Source: Deltaproteobacteria bacterium
GTDB taxonomy: Bacteria > Desulfobacterota > GWC2-55-46
Assembly: GCA_038043305.1 (NCBI GenBank)
Contig: JBBTCG010000024.1
Coordinates: 1 to 46,301, forward strand
Length of the DNA stretch: 46,301 nt
Direction: 5' to 3'
This document shows, in pieces, positions 25,071 through 35,260 of this stretch. Numbering within the stretch: the first letter of the stretch is position 1; every line of letters begins with the position of its first letter. The position numbers and the translations under genes are program-made. Under the pieces are notes generated by a model. The model was not told the DNA's origin. It searched no databases and was given only the letters and a program-made list of their open reading frames with translations.

Positions 25071-26483
25071 ATGAAACTTAAACTGAGCGACATAGTCAGG
25101 GCAACCAAGGGAGAATCGAGGTATGCCAATCAGGACGAGGCCATAACCGGCGTATCCACGGATTCGCGGAGCATAGTCGCGGGCACCGTCTTTTTCGCGT
25201 TGAAAGGGCCGCGCTTTGACGGCCATGCCTTTGTGCGGGACGTCTTGAGAAAGGGCGCGATAGCGGCGGTCGTTCAGGACGTTGCCACGGTCGGCTTTGC
25301 CGCCCCGCTGATTGTAGTTAAGGATACGCTCCAAGCGCTTGGAGATATGGCTTCTTACGCGCGCAAGCTGTACGGAACACGAATCGTTGCGATAAGCGGC
25401 AGCGCGGGCAAGACCACGACAAAGGAAATGACGGCCGCGATCCTGAGAAAGTCAAGGCAGGTCTTGAAGACCGAAGGCAACAAGAATAACCTCATCGGGC
25501 TTCCGCTTACGCTCATGGGGCTTGACGACTCATACGCCGCGGCCGTGGTCGAGCTTGGCATAAGCGAGTCGTGGGAGATGCAAAGGCTCGTTGAGATATG
25601 CGCCCCTGACGTTGCGGTTATAACGAATATAGGCAGGGCGCATCTTGCAACGCTCGGCGACATCGAGGGCGTGGCAAGGGCAAAGGGGCCGCTCTTTACC
25701 GCGCTCTCCCCTGAAGCGGTAAGGGTAGTCAACGCTGACGACCCAAGGGTTGTCAAGTTGGCCGCGGCCGCGGCAAATATCGTTACGTACAGCCTGAATC
25801 AGGACGCGGACGTCAGGGTGATAAGGTATTCCGTTGACGAAGGGTTCGAGTCAATCGAGGCTGTTTACGACGTGAGGGGCGCTGAGGTGAAAATAAGATT
25901 CAATTCGCCGTCAATGGTTTATGTAATGAACGGCGCCGCCGCGCTTGCGGCCGTGCTGCCGTTTGGCGCCACGACCTCCGAGATGACGGCCGGGTTAAAC
26001 GGCTTTCAGCCGCTCAACGGACGCATGGGCGAGTGGCGTTCGCAAGGGGTAACGATACTGGACGACACATACAACGCCAATCCTGAGTCTGTCGCCTCGG
26101 CGCTCAGGACGCTTGCCCTTGCAAGGGGCAGAAGGGTGGCGGTGCTCGGCGCCATGCTTGAACTTGGCGATGCCGCCGGGCAGGAGCACGCGGCCATTGG
26201 CCGGATGGCCGCATCTCTCGGAATCGAGATGCTTATTGCCGTTGGAGCGTTGGCCGGGGCAGCGGCTGAGGCCGCGCTTGAGGCCGGCATGAAGCCGTCT
26301 CGGGTCTTTAGTTTCAAGGACAATGGCGCGGCTCAGGCCGGACTTAAAAACCTTATTGCCGCCGGGGATACCGTGCTTGTAAAAGGTTCGCGGGGCGCGG
26401 CGCTTGAAGATGTGGTGGAGGCGCTCAAGGAAATTGTTACCGGCTCTGCCGGGTATTCTCAGCCGTCAATTACAATAAGGTAA
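25071..26483 (+). CDS. murF: UDP-N-acetylmuramoyl-tripeptide--D-alanyl-D-alanine ligase
   Basis: MKLKLSDIVRATKGE..., AISGSAGKTTTKEM and DDTYNANPES. GGAAGGA lies 3 nt upstream of the ATG at 25071. The 29 upstream codons in the ORF track are read through repeat family G and are rejected. Confidence 0.93.
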   Translation: MKLKLSDIVRATKGESRYANQDEAITGVSTDSRSIVAGTVFFALKGPRFDGHAFVRDVLRKGAIAAVVQDVATVGFAAPLIVVKDTLQALGDMASYARKLYGTRIVAISGSAGKTTTKEMTAAILRKSRQVLKTEGNKNNLIGLPLTLMGLDDSYAAAVVELGISESWEMQRLVEICAPDVAVITNIGRAHLATLGDIEGVARAKGPLFTALSPEAVRVVNADDPRVVKLAAAAANIVTYSLNQDADVRVIRYSVDEGFESIEAVYDVRGAEVKIRFNSPSMVYVMNGAAALAAVLPFGATTSEMTAGLNGFQPLNGRMGEWRSQGVTILDDTYNANPESVASALRTLALARGRRVAVLGAMLELGDAAGQEHAAIGRMAASLGIEMLIAVGALAGAAAEAALEAGMKPSRVFSFKDNGAAQAGLKNLIAAGDTVLVKGSRGAALEDVVEALKEIVTGSAGYSQPSITIR

Positions 26484-26495
26484 GATAAGGCATAG

Positions 26496-27572
26496 ATGCT
26501 CTACCATCTTCTATATCCGCTTGCAAAGTATCATACGGTATTCAACGTATTTCAGTACATTACGTTCAGGACGATCTACGCGGCCATAACCGCGCTCATC
26601 TTAAGTTTTCTTATAGGGCCTTATATCATAGAGAGGCTCAAGTCAATGAATGTCGGAGAGGTGGTAAGAGAGGACGGCCCGCCCAATCATCTCAGCAAGG
26701 AAGGCACCCCTACAATGGGCGGGGCGCTAATACTGCTTGTGCTTGTCGTCTCGGTGCTCCTGTGGGCAAACCTAACTAACCCTTACGTCTGGGTGCTTTT
26801 GTTCGTAACAATGGGCATGGGCGTCATAGGCTTCATGGACGACTACAGCAAGGTGATAACGAGGAAAAAGGGGGGCATGAAGGCGCTACCCAAGTTTTTG
26901 GCGCAGGCAACGGTGGCCTCAGCTGCGGCGCTTTACGTCTACTATTACCTGAACGTGGATACGACAATCACCATCCCGTTTTTGAAGGACGCAAGGCTTG
27001 ATCTCAAGATGTTCTACGTCCCGTTTGCCGTTTGCGTGATCGTGGGGGCATCTAACGCCGTGAATCTTACCGACGGGCTTGACGGGCTTGCCATAGGCCC
27101 GATGATCATGGCCGCGGCAACGTACATGCTCCTTGCCTACCTCGTGGGGCACGTCAAGATTGCCAACTACCTTCACGTCATGTACGTGCCAAAGGCCGGA
27201 GAGCTTGCCGTGTTCGCCGGCGCAATGGTAGGCGCTTCTCTCGGTTTTTTGTGGTTCAACACCTATCCGGCGCAGGTCTTCATGGGCGACATGGGTTCTC
27301 TGTCGCTCGGCGGCGCGCTTGGCACGCTGGCCGTGATAACCAAGAACGAAGTGCTTTTGCTGCTCGTGGGCGGGATATTCGTGCTGGAGGCGCTCTCCGT
27401 AATAGTTCAGGTGGCGTCCTTCAAACTTACCGGCAAGAGGATATTCGCAATGGCACCCATCCATCATCACTACGAACTAAAGGGCTGGCCCGAGCCTAAG
27501 ATAATAGTGAGGTTTTGGATAATATCAATAATACTGGCGCTCATGGCCATAAGTACGCTCAAGATAAGATGA
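26496..27572 (+). CDS. mraY: Phospho-N-acetylmuramoyl-pentapeptide transferase
   Basis: MLYHLLYPL..., [19 protein letters not shown] and [11 protein letters not shown]. Confidence 0.96.
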   Translation: MLYHLLYPLAKYHTVFNVFQYITFRTIYAAITALILSFLIGPYIIERLKSMNVGEVVREDGPPNHLSKEGTPTMGGALILLVLVVSVLLWANLTNPYVWVLLFVTMGMGVIGFMDDYSKVITRKKGGMKALPKFLAQATVASAAALYVYYYLNVDTTITIPFLKDARLDLKMFYVPFAVCVIVGASNAVNLTDGLDGLAIGPMIMAAATYMLLAYLVGHVKIANYLHVMYVPKAGELAVFAGAMVGASLGFLWFNTYPAQVFMGDMGSLSLGGALGTLAVITKNEVLLLLVGGIFVLEALSVIVQVASFKLTGKRIFAMAPIHHHYELKGWPEPKIIVRFWIISIILALMAISTLKIR

Positions 27573-28957
27573 ACAAGACCGGGGTTGAAAGGGCTAAGAT
27601 AGAACTTAAAGGGGTGCGCGCCGTTGTCGTGGGGCTTGGGTCAACCGGCGTATCCTGCGCGAGGTTTCTTGCGGGGCGTGGAGCAAAGGTGGTGCTCGCA
27701 GACGATCTGAGCATGGACAAGCTGGAGAAGGCAAAGGCGCTGATCGAGGCGTGTCCTGACGTTGATATAAAGGCCGGAGCCCAAGGGGGCATTGATCTAA
27801 CCGGCGTCTCACTTGTCATAGTAAGTCCTGGCGTGCCTTACGCTCATCCTCTTTTGAGCGAGGCGAGGAGGCGCGGGGCCGAGGTTATAAGCGATATAGA
27901 GCTTGCATGGCGTTTCATTGACGCGCCAATACTGGCTGTGGCAGGCACGAACGGCAAGACCACGACGACCACGCTCCTCGGAAGGACGCTTCAAGAGGCC
28001 GGATTCAAGGTCTTTGTTGGCGGCAATATCGGCACACCGGCCATAGAGTACGTTGAAAACGGGGCGGCCTACGATTTTTGTGTGCTTGAGATAAGCAGTT
28101 TTCATCTTGAGACGACTTTGACGTTCAACCCGCATATAGCGGCGCTTTTGAACATAACCGAAGACCACCTTGACAGGTACGATAGCTTTGAGCATTACGC
28201 GAACACCAAGTTTCGTTTGTTCGAGAATCAAACATCGGAGGACTTCAGCGTTGTGAATATAAATGACCCGGTGATAGCAAAGAGGGCAGGCAGCGGCCTT
28301 GGACGCGGCGCTGTGGTGCCGTTCACGGTTTCAGGCGAGGTTGACAAAGGGCTTTTTCTGAGGCCGGGCGAGATAGTTTACAGGCCGGGTAACGACGGCG
28401 AAGAGGTCTATCCGACCTCTGGATTCAAGCTGATTGGCCTGCATAACATGGAGAACATAATGGCCGTTATCGCTATGGCGCGGCTTGTCGGCGCTCCTCA
28501 AGAGAGCGTGCTGGCGAGCATATTCGGTTTCAAGGGGCTTCCCCACAGGATGGAGTTCGTGAGAACCGTTGACAACGTAACGTATATAGACGATTCAAAG
28601 GGCACGAACATCGGCGCGCTTGAGATGGCGCTCAGGGGAATGAACTCTCCGGTGGTGCTCATCGCCGGGGGCAGGGACAAGGGCGGCGACTATGGTGTGC
28701 TTAAGACGCTTGTAAGGGAGAAGGTCAGGGCAATGGTTCTCATTGGAGAGGCAAGGTTTAAGATACAGGATGCCCTTGGCAATCTAACCGACACGCTCAT
28801 GGCCTTGACGCTTGATGAGGCCGTAGCCGTGGCCCGTTCAAAGGCAATTGCCGGAGATACGGTGCTCTTATCCCCGGCCTGTTCGAGTTTTGATATGTTC
28901 AAAAGTTACAAGGAGCGCGGAGAGCGCTTCAAAGCGCTCGTGGAGGGGCTCAAGTGA
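27569..28957 (+). CDS. murD: UDP-N-acetylmuramoylalanine--D-glutamate ligase
   Basis: [30 protein letters not shown] and DDSKGTN. The ATG at 27569 forms an ATGA overlap with mraY. The track start at 27515 lies inside mraY. Confidence 0.93.
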   Translation: MNKTGVERAKIELKGVRAVVVGLGSTGVSCARFLAGRGAKVVLADDLSMDKLEKAKALIEACPDVDIKAGAQGGIDLTGVSLVIVSPGVPYAHPLLSEARRRGAEVISDIELAWRFIDAPILAVAGTNGKTTTTTLLGRTLQEAGFKVFVGGNIGTPAIEYVENGAAYDFCVLEISSFHLETTLTFNPHIAALLNITEDHLDRYDSFEHYANTKFRLFENQTSEDFSVVNINDPVIAKRAGSGLGRGAVVPFTVSGEVDKGLFLRPGEIVYRPGNDGEEVYPTSGFKLIGLHNMENIMAVIAMARLVGAPQESVLASIFGFKGLPHRMEFVRTVDNVTYIDDSKGTNIGALEMALRGMNSPVVLIAGGRDKGGDYGVLKTLVREKVRAMVLIGEARFKIQDALGNLTDTLMALTLDEAVAVARSKAIAGDTVLLSPACSSFDMFKSYKERGERFKALVEGLK

Positions 28958-30057
28958 TAAGACCGGCCGACACGGATAAGCTCCTTATCATATCCTTTGT
29001 CTTTCTCGTGGCAATGGGCATTGCAATGGTCTATTCGACGAGCTACATCTACGCCACGTCGCGTTTCGGCGACGGCTACCTTTTTTTCAGGAAGCACGTC
29101 GTTTATGCGGTCATCGGCCTCGGATGCTTCATCGCCGGAGCGAAGATACCTTACGGGGCGTACAGAAAACTCGCGTATCCGGCTCTGATAATTGCCTTGA
29201 TAGCGCTGATAGCCGTGCTCATTCCGGGCGTAGGATACGTTGCCGGAGGGGCGAGAAGGTGGTTGAGGATTGGGCCTCTCGCGTTTCAGCCCTCGGAGGC
29301 GGCAAAGTTGGCGCTCGTGTTTTTCATGGCGATGAACCTTGCCCGGAAGCAGGAGAGGATAAAGGAGTTCTGGGCCGGGTTCATGCCGAACATGCTCATC
29401 CCCGGCGTACTAATAGGACTCATCATGCTTGAGCCCGACCTTGGCACCGCCGTTTGCGCCGCGCTCATAGTGCTGCTCATGAACTTTATCGGCGGCGTAA
29501 GGATGAGGTATCTCGCCGTAGCCGCGCTTGCCGCTCTTCCGGTCGTCTATTTTTTCGTCATAAAGAACTTCGGCTACATGATGACGAGGATAATGGTTTT
29601 TCTTGACCCGTGGAAGGACCCGGAAGGCAAGGGGTTTCAGATGGTGCAGTCCTTCATCGCATTCGGCTCCGGCGGCATACACGGAGTGGGCATCGGCGAG
29701 AGCAAACAAAAGCTTTTTTATCTGCCGGAGGCGCACACGGACTTCATATTTTCGGTCATAGGCGAGGAGACCGGCCTGATAGGCGCTGGACTCGTCATCA
29801 TGTTTTATGCGCTATTTTTATACAGCGGCACACGCATAGCATTGAAGAGCAAGGACTTGCACGGAAAGTTTCTCGCAATCGGCGTAACGTTCATGATAGT
29901 CATGCAGGCCGCGATAAACATGGCCGTTGTGCTCGGACTCTTGCCGCCCAAGGGGCTGCCTCTGCCGTTCATAAGTTACGGCGGGACATCCCTCGTGGTA
30001 AGCATGTTCGCCGCAGGGATACTCCTTAATATCAATATGAGGAACAATGAGGCGTGA
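28954..30057 (+). CDS. ftsW: Lipid II flippase / peptidoglycan glycosyltransferase FtsW (SEDS family)
   Basis: Polytopic. It carries the SEDS motifs RWLRIGPLAFQPSEAAKLALV, PEAHTDFIFSVIGEE and LPLPFISYGGTS. GTGA overlap with murD. Confidence 0.9.
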   Translation: MIRPADTDKLLIISFVFLVAMGIAMVYSTSYIYATSRFGDGYLFFRKHVVYAVIGLGCFIAGAKIPYGAYRKLAYPALIIALIALIAVLIPGVGYVAGGARRWLRIGPLAFQPSEAAKLALVFFMAMNLARKQERIKEFWAGFMPNMLIPGVLIGLIMLEPDLGTAVCAALIVLLMNFIGGVRMRYLAVAALAALPVVYFFVIKNFGYMMTRIMVFLDPWKDPEGKGFQMVQSFIAFGSGGIHGVGIGESKQKLFYLPEAHTDFIFSVIGEETGLIGAGLVIMFYALFLYSGTRIALKSKDLHGKFLAIGVTFMIVMQAAINMAVVLGLLPPKGLPLPFISYGGTSLVVSMFAAGILLNINMRNNEA

Positions 30058-31181
30058 ATGATAAGGGAGACAGGCGCAAAGGAGCGGCATCTTTAACGCT
30101 TGTAATGGCCGGCGGTGGAACCGGAGGCCACCTCTTTCCGGCAATGGCCCTTGCCGGAGAGTTTAAGTCGAGATACCCGGACGCGAGGATAGTCTTCATA
30201 GGCGGCAAGGGCGGCATAGAGGAGAAGCTGGCGCCGGGTCTTGGGTATGAGTTAAGGCTCCTTGACGTGGAGGGTGTAAAGAATCGGCGCGGCATAAGGC
30301 GGATAAGGGCGCTTGTAAAGGCGGTAATGGCCGCGGTTAAGGCCGTCGGGATATTGAGGGAGATTCGCCCCGACGGGGTCATAGGCAGCGGCTCTTATTC
30401 GTCCGCGCCGGTGGTGAGCGCCGCGTGTCTTCTCGGCATGAAGACCGCGATACTGGAGCAAAACGCCCTGGCAGGTCTTACCAACAGGGTACTTGGCAGG
30501 TTCGTTGACAGGGTATACATCGCGTTCGCCGAGGCGAGGCGCTTCTTCCCAATGCCTCGCACGGTTGTAAGCGGCAACCCGGTAAGAAGGGAAATACTCG
30601 GCAGGGCGCCGGACGAGGCAATCGGGAAAGGCGACAAATTCACGATACTCGTATTCGGCGGGAGTCAGGGCGCGACCGCCATAAACACGGCCTTTGTTGA
30701 CGCGACTGAGTATCTGACCGATATATGGCCGGGGCTGACCGTCGTGCATCAGACCGGCAAGGACGGCTATGATCAGGTCGTCCGTGCTTACAGGAGGAAG
30801 GGGTTGAAGGTGGATGTGCACATGTTCATTGACGATATGGCCGGGGCGTACCGCGGCGCGGACCTTGCAGTGTGCAGGGCGGGCGCAACCACGCTTGCCG
30901 AGCTTACCGCCCTTGGCGTTGCTTCCATATTGATACCGTATCCATTCGCCTCGGACGACCACCAGAGCGTGAACGCAAGGTGCATGGCCGACTCCGGCGC
31001 GGCAGTGGTCATTGAGCAGGATAAACTTACTGGTGCGGCGCTTGCCGCGGCGATTAAAAGGTTTTATGGATTTCCGGGAGAGTTGAAGGCCATGCGCGAG
31101 AAGGCGAGGGGCATGGGCAGACCAAGCGCGGCGGTAACGATAGCCGATGACTTTTTGAAGGTGTTGAATAAGGGAGCATAA
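30054..31181 (+). CDS. murG: UDP-N-acetylglucosamine--N-acetylmuramyl-(pentapeptide) pyrophosphoryl-undecaprenol N-acetylglucosamine transferase
   Basis: MAGGGTGGHLFPAMALA, FGGSQGA and CRAGATTLAELTALGVASILIPYP. GTG start overlapping the ftsW stop. Confidence 0.93.
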   Translation: MNDKGDRRKGAASLTLVMAGGGTGGHLFPAMALAGEFKSRYPDARIVFIGGKGGIEEKLAPGLGYELRLLDVEGVKNRRGIRRIRALVKAVMAAVKAVGILREIRPDGVIGSGSYSSAPVVSAACLLGMKTAILEQNALAGLTNRVLGRFVDRVYIAFAEARRFFPMPRTVVSGNPVRREILGRAPDEAIGKGDKFTILVFGGSQGATAINTAFVDATEYLTDIWPGLTVVHQTGKDGYDQVVRAYRRKGLKVDVHMFIDDMAGAYRGADLAVCRAGATTLAELTALGVASILIPYPFASDDHQSVNARCMADSGAAVVIEQDKLTGAALAAAIKRFYGFPGELKAMREKARGMGRPSAAVTIADDFLKVLNKGA

Positions 31182-31184
31182 CGG

Positions 31185-32573
31185 ATGTACAGAGGCAGAA
31201 TACAGCGGATACACTTCATAGGCATCGGCGGGGCCGGTATGAACGGCATCGCCGAGGTGCTGATAAACATGGGTTACAAGGTCAGCGGCTCTGATCTTGC
31301 CTCAACCGACGTTACGAGAAGGCTTGGCGGCCTCGGCGCGGTTATCTACGCCGGACACGGCAAGGGCAACGTTACCGGGGCGCAGTGCGTGGTCTATTCG
31401 TCAGCCGTTAAAAAGGACAACCCTGAGATGATAGAGGCATCGGCAAGGCAGATACCGGTCATACCGAGGGCCGAGATGCTCGCCGAGCTGATGAGGCTCA
31501 AGTACGGCATAGCGATAGCGGGCACGCACGGCAAGACCACCACCACGTCAATGGTATCAGCGATACTTGCCTCAGCCGGGATGGACCCGACCATCGTAAC
31601 TGGCGGCAAGCTCAACAGCCTTGGGGCAAACGCAAGGCTGGGCACCGGGGACTTTCTCGTTGCCGAGGCCGACGAGAGCGACGGGAGCTTTCTAAAGCTT
31701 AACCCGACCATCGCGGTGGTAACGAACATAGACCGCGAGCACATGGACTATTGGGCCACGATGGACGACGTAAGACAGGCGTATCTGGACTTCATCAACA
31801 AGGTTCCGTTTTACGGATGCGCCGTGCTGTGCCTTGATCATCCGGGCATACAGGGCCTTATCCCGGCCATAACGCGCAGGTTCCTATCCTATGGATTGAC
31901 GGCGCAGTCCGACACCAATGCAAGGCGCATTCGCTTTGACGGCATGAAGACCTCGTTTGAGGTCTGGCAGAATCGAGGCGCCCTTGGAGAGATAACGTTA
32001 AACCTCCCCGGCGAGCATAACGTCTACAACGCCCTTGCCGCGCTATCCGTGGGGCGCGAGCTGGAGATAGACTTCGCGCTCATAAAGGCCGGGCTTGAGA
32101 GCTTCACCGGCGTGGAGCGGCGGTTTCATGTAAGGGGCGTCGTCAACGGCATAACCGTGGTGGACGACTACGGCCACCATCCTGAGGAGATAAAGGCGGC
32201 GCTCAGGGCCGCCAAGCTCGGCTTCGGGGGGCTACGGGTCGTTGTCGTGTTTCAGCCGCACAGGTACACGAGGACCAAAGATCTCTTTAAGGAGTTTTGC
32301 TCGGCCTTCAACGACGCGGATAAGCTCATATTGACTGAGGTCTACGCGGCGGGCGAGGAAAAGCTGGAAGGCGCAACCGGAGAGGCGCTCTACGAGGGCA
32401 TAAGGGCGTACGGCCATAAGGACGCCTCTTATGTGCCTGATGCGAGCGCGCTGGCCGGTCATTTGTCAAAGGTTTGCTCCCCGGACGATCTGGTGATAAC
32501 GCTTGGCGCGGGCGACGTGTGGAAGGCAGGGGTTGGCCTCCTTGAGCTTTTGAAGGGAGATAGCAAGGCATGA
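31185..32573 (+). CDS. murC: UDP-N-acetylmuramate--L-alanine ligase
   Basis: IHFIGIGGAGMNGIAEVLINMGYKVSGSD, IAGTHGKTTTTSM and DDYGHHPEEI. Confidence 0.95.
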   Translation: MYRGRIQRIHFIGIGGAGMNGIAEVLINMGYKVSGSDLASTDVTRRLGGLGAVIYAGHGKGNVTGAQCVVYSSAVKKDNPEMIEASARQIPVIPRAEMLAELMRLKYGIAIAGTHGKTTTTSMVSAILASAGMDPTIVTGGKLNSLGANARLGTGDFLVAEADESDGSFLKLNPTIAVVTNIDREHMDYWATMDDVRQAYLDFINKVPFYGCAVLCLDHPGIQGLIPAITRRFLSYGLTAQSDTNARRIRFDGMKTSFEVWQNRGALGEITLNLPGEHNVYNALAALSVGRELEIDFALIKAGLESFTGVERRFHVRGVVNGITVVDDYGHHPEEIKAALRAAKLGFGGLRVVVVFQPHRYTRTKDLFKEFCSAFNDADKLILTEVYAAGEEKLEGATGEALYEGIRAYGHKDASYVPDASALAGHLSKVCSPDDLVITLGAGDVWKAGVGLLELLKGDSKA

Positions 32574-33493
32574 GCGACAAAAAAAACTCCACGCAGTATT
32601 CGCTCTTTTTCATACAGCGCTTTAAGGGCAAGGTGCTGTTCAACGTGCCCATGAGCGAATACACGTCTCTTAGGATAGGCGGCCCGGCTGACGTAATGGC
32701 TTTTCCACAGGACGACGCGGACCTTAAAAATCTCATTACGTTTGCCGAGGATAAAAACTTCCCGTACCAGATACTCGGCAACGGAACGAACCTCTTGGTG
32801 CGCGACGGAGGCGTAAGGGGGGTCGTGATAAACATGTGCGAGGGCTTCAAGGAGATCCTCTGGCAGGACGACATGAGGGTCGTTGCCGGGGCCGGCATGA
32901 CCCTTGTCGCGCTCCTTAACGAGTTGAGGGACTATGGCGCATCAGGGCTTGAGTTCGCGGTCAACATCCCCGGCACCGTGGGCGGCGCAATCGTGATGAA
33001 CGCGGGCGCTTATGGCGCCGAGATACAGGACGTATGCGAGGCAATTGAACTCATAGGCAAGAAGGGCAAGCTGACGCTCGTCAAGAAGGAGGACGCGGGC
33101 TTTGGCTACAGGAAGAGCGCGCTCCCGAAAGGCGCGGTGGTTATCCGGGCGCGCCTGAAGTTTGAGAAAAAGGACGTTGAGGAGATACGAAAAAAGATTG
33201 ATGAATACCGCGCAAAGAGAAGGGCGGCAATGGCCGTCCATCTTCCCAACGCCGGGTCCATATTCAAGAACCCTGAAGGGCATATAGCCGGAAGGCTCAT
33301 AGAAGAGGCGGGGTTAAAGGGCGAAAGGATTGGGGACGCCGAGGTCAGCGAGGCGCACGGAAATTATATCGTCAATCGCGGCAATGCGCTGGCAAAGGAC
33401 GTGCTTGCGCTCATGGCGCTCATAAGGGACAGGATATACGGCACGAGGGGTATTGTGCTTGAGCCGGAGATAAAGGTCATCGGCGAGGACTGA
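32570..33493 (+). CDS. murB: UDP-N-acetylenolpyruvoylglucosamine reductase
   Basis: The FAD-binding segment is SLRIGGPADVMAFP...ILGNGTNLLVRDGG, followed by GTVGGAIVMNAGAYG and AGSIFKNP. ATGA overlap with murC. Confidence 0.93.
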   Translation: MSDKKNSTQYSLFFIQRFKGKVLFNVPMSEYTSLRIGGPADVMAFPQDDADLKNLITFAEDKNFPYQILGNGTNLLVRDGGVRGVVINMCEGFKEILWQDDMRVVAGAGMTLVALLNELRDYGASGLEFAVNIPGTVGGAIVMNAGAYGAEIQDVCEAIELIGKKGKLTLVKKEDAGFGYRKSALPKGAVVIRARLKFEKKDVEEIRKKIDEYRAKRRAAMAVHLPNAGSIFKNPEGHIAGRLIEEAGLKGERIGDAEVSEAHGNYIVNRGNALAKDVLALMALIRDRIYGTRGIVLEPEIKVIGED

Positions 33494-34417
33494 GTGGTAA
33501 AGTCGTTCAAAAATAAAAGGATAGGCGTACTCATGGGCGGCATCTCCGAGGAGAGAGAGATTTCCCTTAGGACCGGACGCGCCGCCATCTCCGCGCTATC
33601 GTCACTTGGATACGAGGCCGTGGCTATTGACGCCGGGAAAGACCTGCCTGAGCGTCTTATTTCGGAGCGCGTTGACGTTGCCTTTATCGCGCTGCACGGG
33701 CGCTTCGGCGAGGATGGCTGCGTTCAGGGTCTGCTTGAGGTTATGGGCATCCCGTATACGGGTTCAGGGGTGCGCTCATCAAGCCTTTGCATGGACAAGG
33801 CTGCGGCAAAGAAGGTGATGTCGTTTAACCGCGTTTCAACCGCGCCGTTTGTCGTGGTGAGGCAAGGAGAGGACTCTTCTGACGTCAAGCTCCCGCGCCT
33901 GCCGGTGGTGGTTAAGCCCTGTCGCTCAGGATCGGCCATCGGCGTGAGCATCGTAGGTAAGAAAAAAGAGTTGGCTCCGGCCATTAAAGAGGCTCACCGG
34001 CACGGATCCGAGGCGGTCATCGAGGGTTACATCAAGGGCAGGGAGCTTACCGTCGCCATACTCGACGGGCAAGCCCTGCCGATAGTGGAGATACGTCCGA
34101 GGCGCGGTTTTTACGACTACAGAGCCAAGTACACCAAGGGGCTTACCGACTTCATTGTGCCCGCGGCACTGAAAAAAACCGAGGCGGCCAGAGTGGTCAG
34201 GCTCTCGCTTGCCGCCTATAACGCCCTTGGTTGCTCCGGCGCGGCGCGGGTTGACGTGATGCTCTCCGAGGCAGGGAAGCCGTATGTGCTTGAGGTCAAC
34301 ACCATACCCGGGCTTACGGAATTGAGCCTTTTTCCAAGGGCCGCATCCGCCGTTGGCATTGACTATCCGTCGCTCGTGGAGCGTATGCTTTTGTCGGCGT
34401 TTACCAACAGGGGTTGA
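33494..34417 (+). CDS. ddl: D-alanine--D-alanine ligase
   Basis: IGVLMGGISEEREISLRTG, ALHGRFGEDGCVQGLLEVMGIPYTGSG and EVNTIPGLTELSLFP. The GTG start is contiguous with the murB stop. Confidence 0.93.
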   Translation: MVKSFKNKRIGVLMGGISEEREISLRTGRAAISALSSLGYEAVAIDAGKDLPERLISERVDVAFIALHGRFGEDGCVQGLLEVMGIPYTGSGVRSSSLCMDKAAAKKVMSFNRVSTAPFVVVRQGEDSSDVKLPRLPVVVKPCRSGSAIGVSIVGKKKELAPAIKEAHRHGSEAVIEGYIKGRELTVAILDGQALPIVEIRPRRGFYDYRAKYTKGLTDFIVPAALKKTEAARVVRLSLAAYNALGCSGAARVDVMLSEAGKPYVLEVNTIPGLTELSLFPRAASAVGIDYPSLVERMLLSAFTNRG

Positions 34418-34423
34418 AGGATT

Positions 34424-35239
34424 ATGCGAATTCACACAAGACAGGCGATAAAGGGGCGCGGCAACAGAAGGGCCAAAGAGCCGCTTCCAAAAAGAATGAG
34501 GCGGTTTTTTTCAGGCGTCGTGAAGACGGCGTTGATAGCCGTCGTCATCGGGGCCGCCGTATACGGCGCATGGTGGGTACGCGCTGCCCTCACGTCGTCG
34601 CCGTATCTTGCGATAAGTTCGATTAAAGTAAACGGCGTTGAGAGGATTACCGTGGGCGAGGTCTTGAGCGCATCCGGCATCCGTACAGGGGACAATATAT
34701 TTAGTTTTTCCGCGTCCGAGGCCGAGGCGAGGATAAAGGACAACCCCTGGGTGAATGAGGCCGTAGTGCGCAGGACGTCGCTTGGCGCGGTGAGCATCGA
34801 GATAAGCGAGAGAAGGCCCGTTGCGCTCATAAGGCTTGACGCCCTTTACGTGATGGATTCGTCGGGCACTGCCTTTAAGAAGTATCTGGGGAGCGACGCC
34901 CTTGACCTTCCAGTCATAACCGGGCTTACGAGGGAGGAACTCAAGGAGGACGCATCCGGCCTTTCGGCGTGGGTCGTCGCGCTTCTTCGCGCGCTCTCAG
35001 GCAGGCGCGGTTTCAACATCGCCGACGTATCGGAGATACACGTTGACAAGGCCTTCGGCCTGAGCGTCTATACCGTTGACGAGGGAGTAAGGCTTGATCT
35101 CGGGGTCGGGAGGTTTGAGGAAAAGCTGTCGGCTTACGAGAAGATATTGAAGTCAAGGGGATCGCTCAGGGGTATAGAGGCGATAGACCTGAACAACACG
35201 CGCGGCGTCGTAGTGAAGTTCGCGGCCAACATGGTTTAA
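34424..35239 (+). CDS. ftsQ: Cell division protein FtsQ
   Basis: It has a basic N-terminus, one TM segment and a POTRA-like segment (ISSIKVNGVERITVGEVLSASGIRTGDNIFSF). Its position between ddl and ftsA supports the call. Confidence 0.85.
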   Translation: MRIHTRQAIKGRGNRRAKEPLPKRMRRFFSGVVKTALIAVVIGAAVYGAWWVRAALTSSPYLAISSIKVNGVERITVGEVLSASGIRTGDNIFSFSASEAEARIKDNPWVNEAVVRRTSLGAVSIEISERRPVALIRLDALYVMDSSGTAFKKYLGSDALDLPVITGLTREELKEDASGLSAWVVALLRALSGRRGFNIADVSEIHVDKAFGLSVYTVDEGVRLDLGVGRFEEKLSAYEKILKSRGSLRGIEAIDLNNTRGVVVKFAANMV

Positions 35240-35260
35240 GCAAGGAAGGCGGTGCACGGG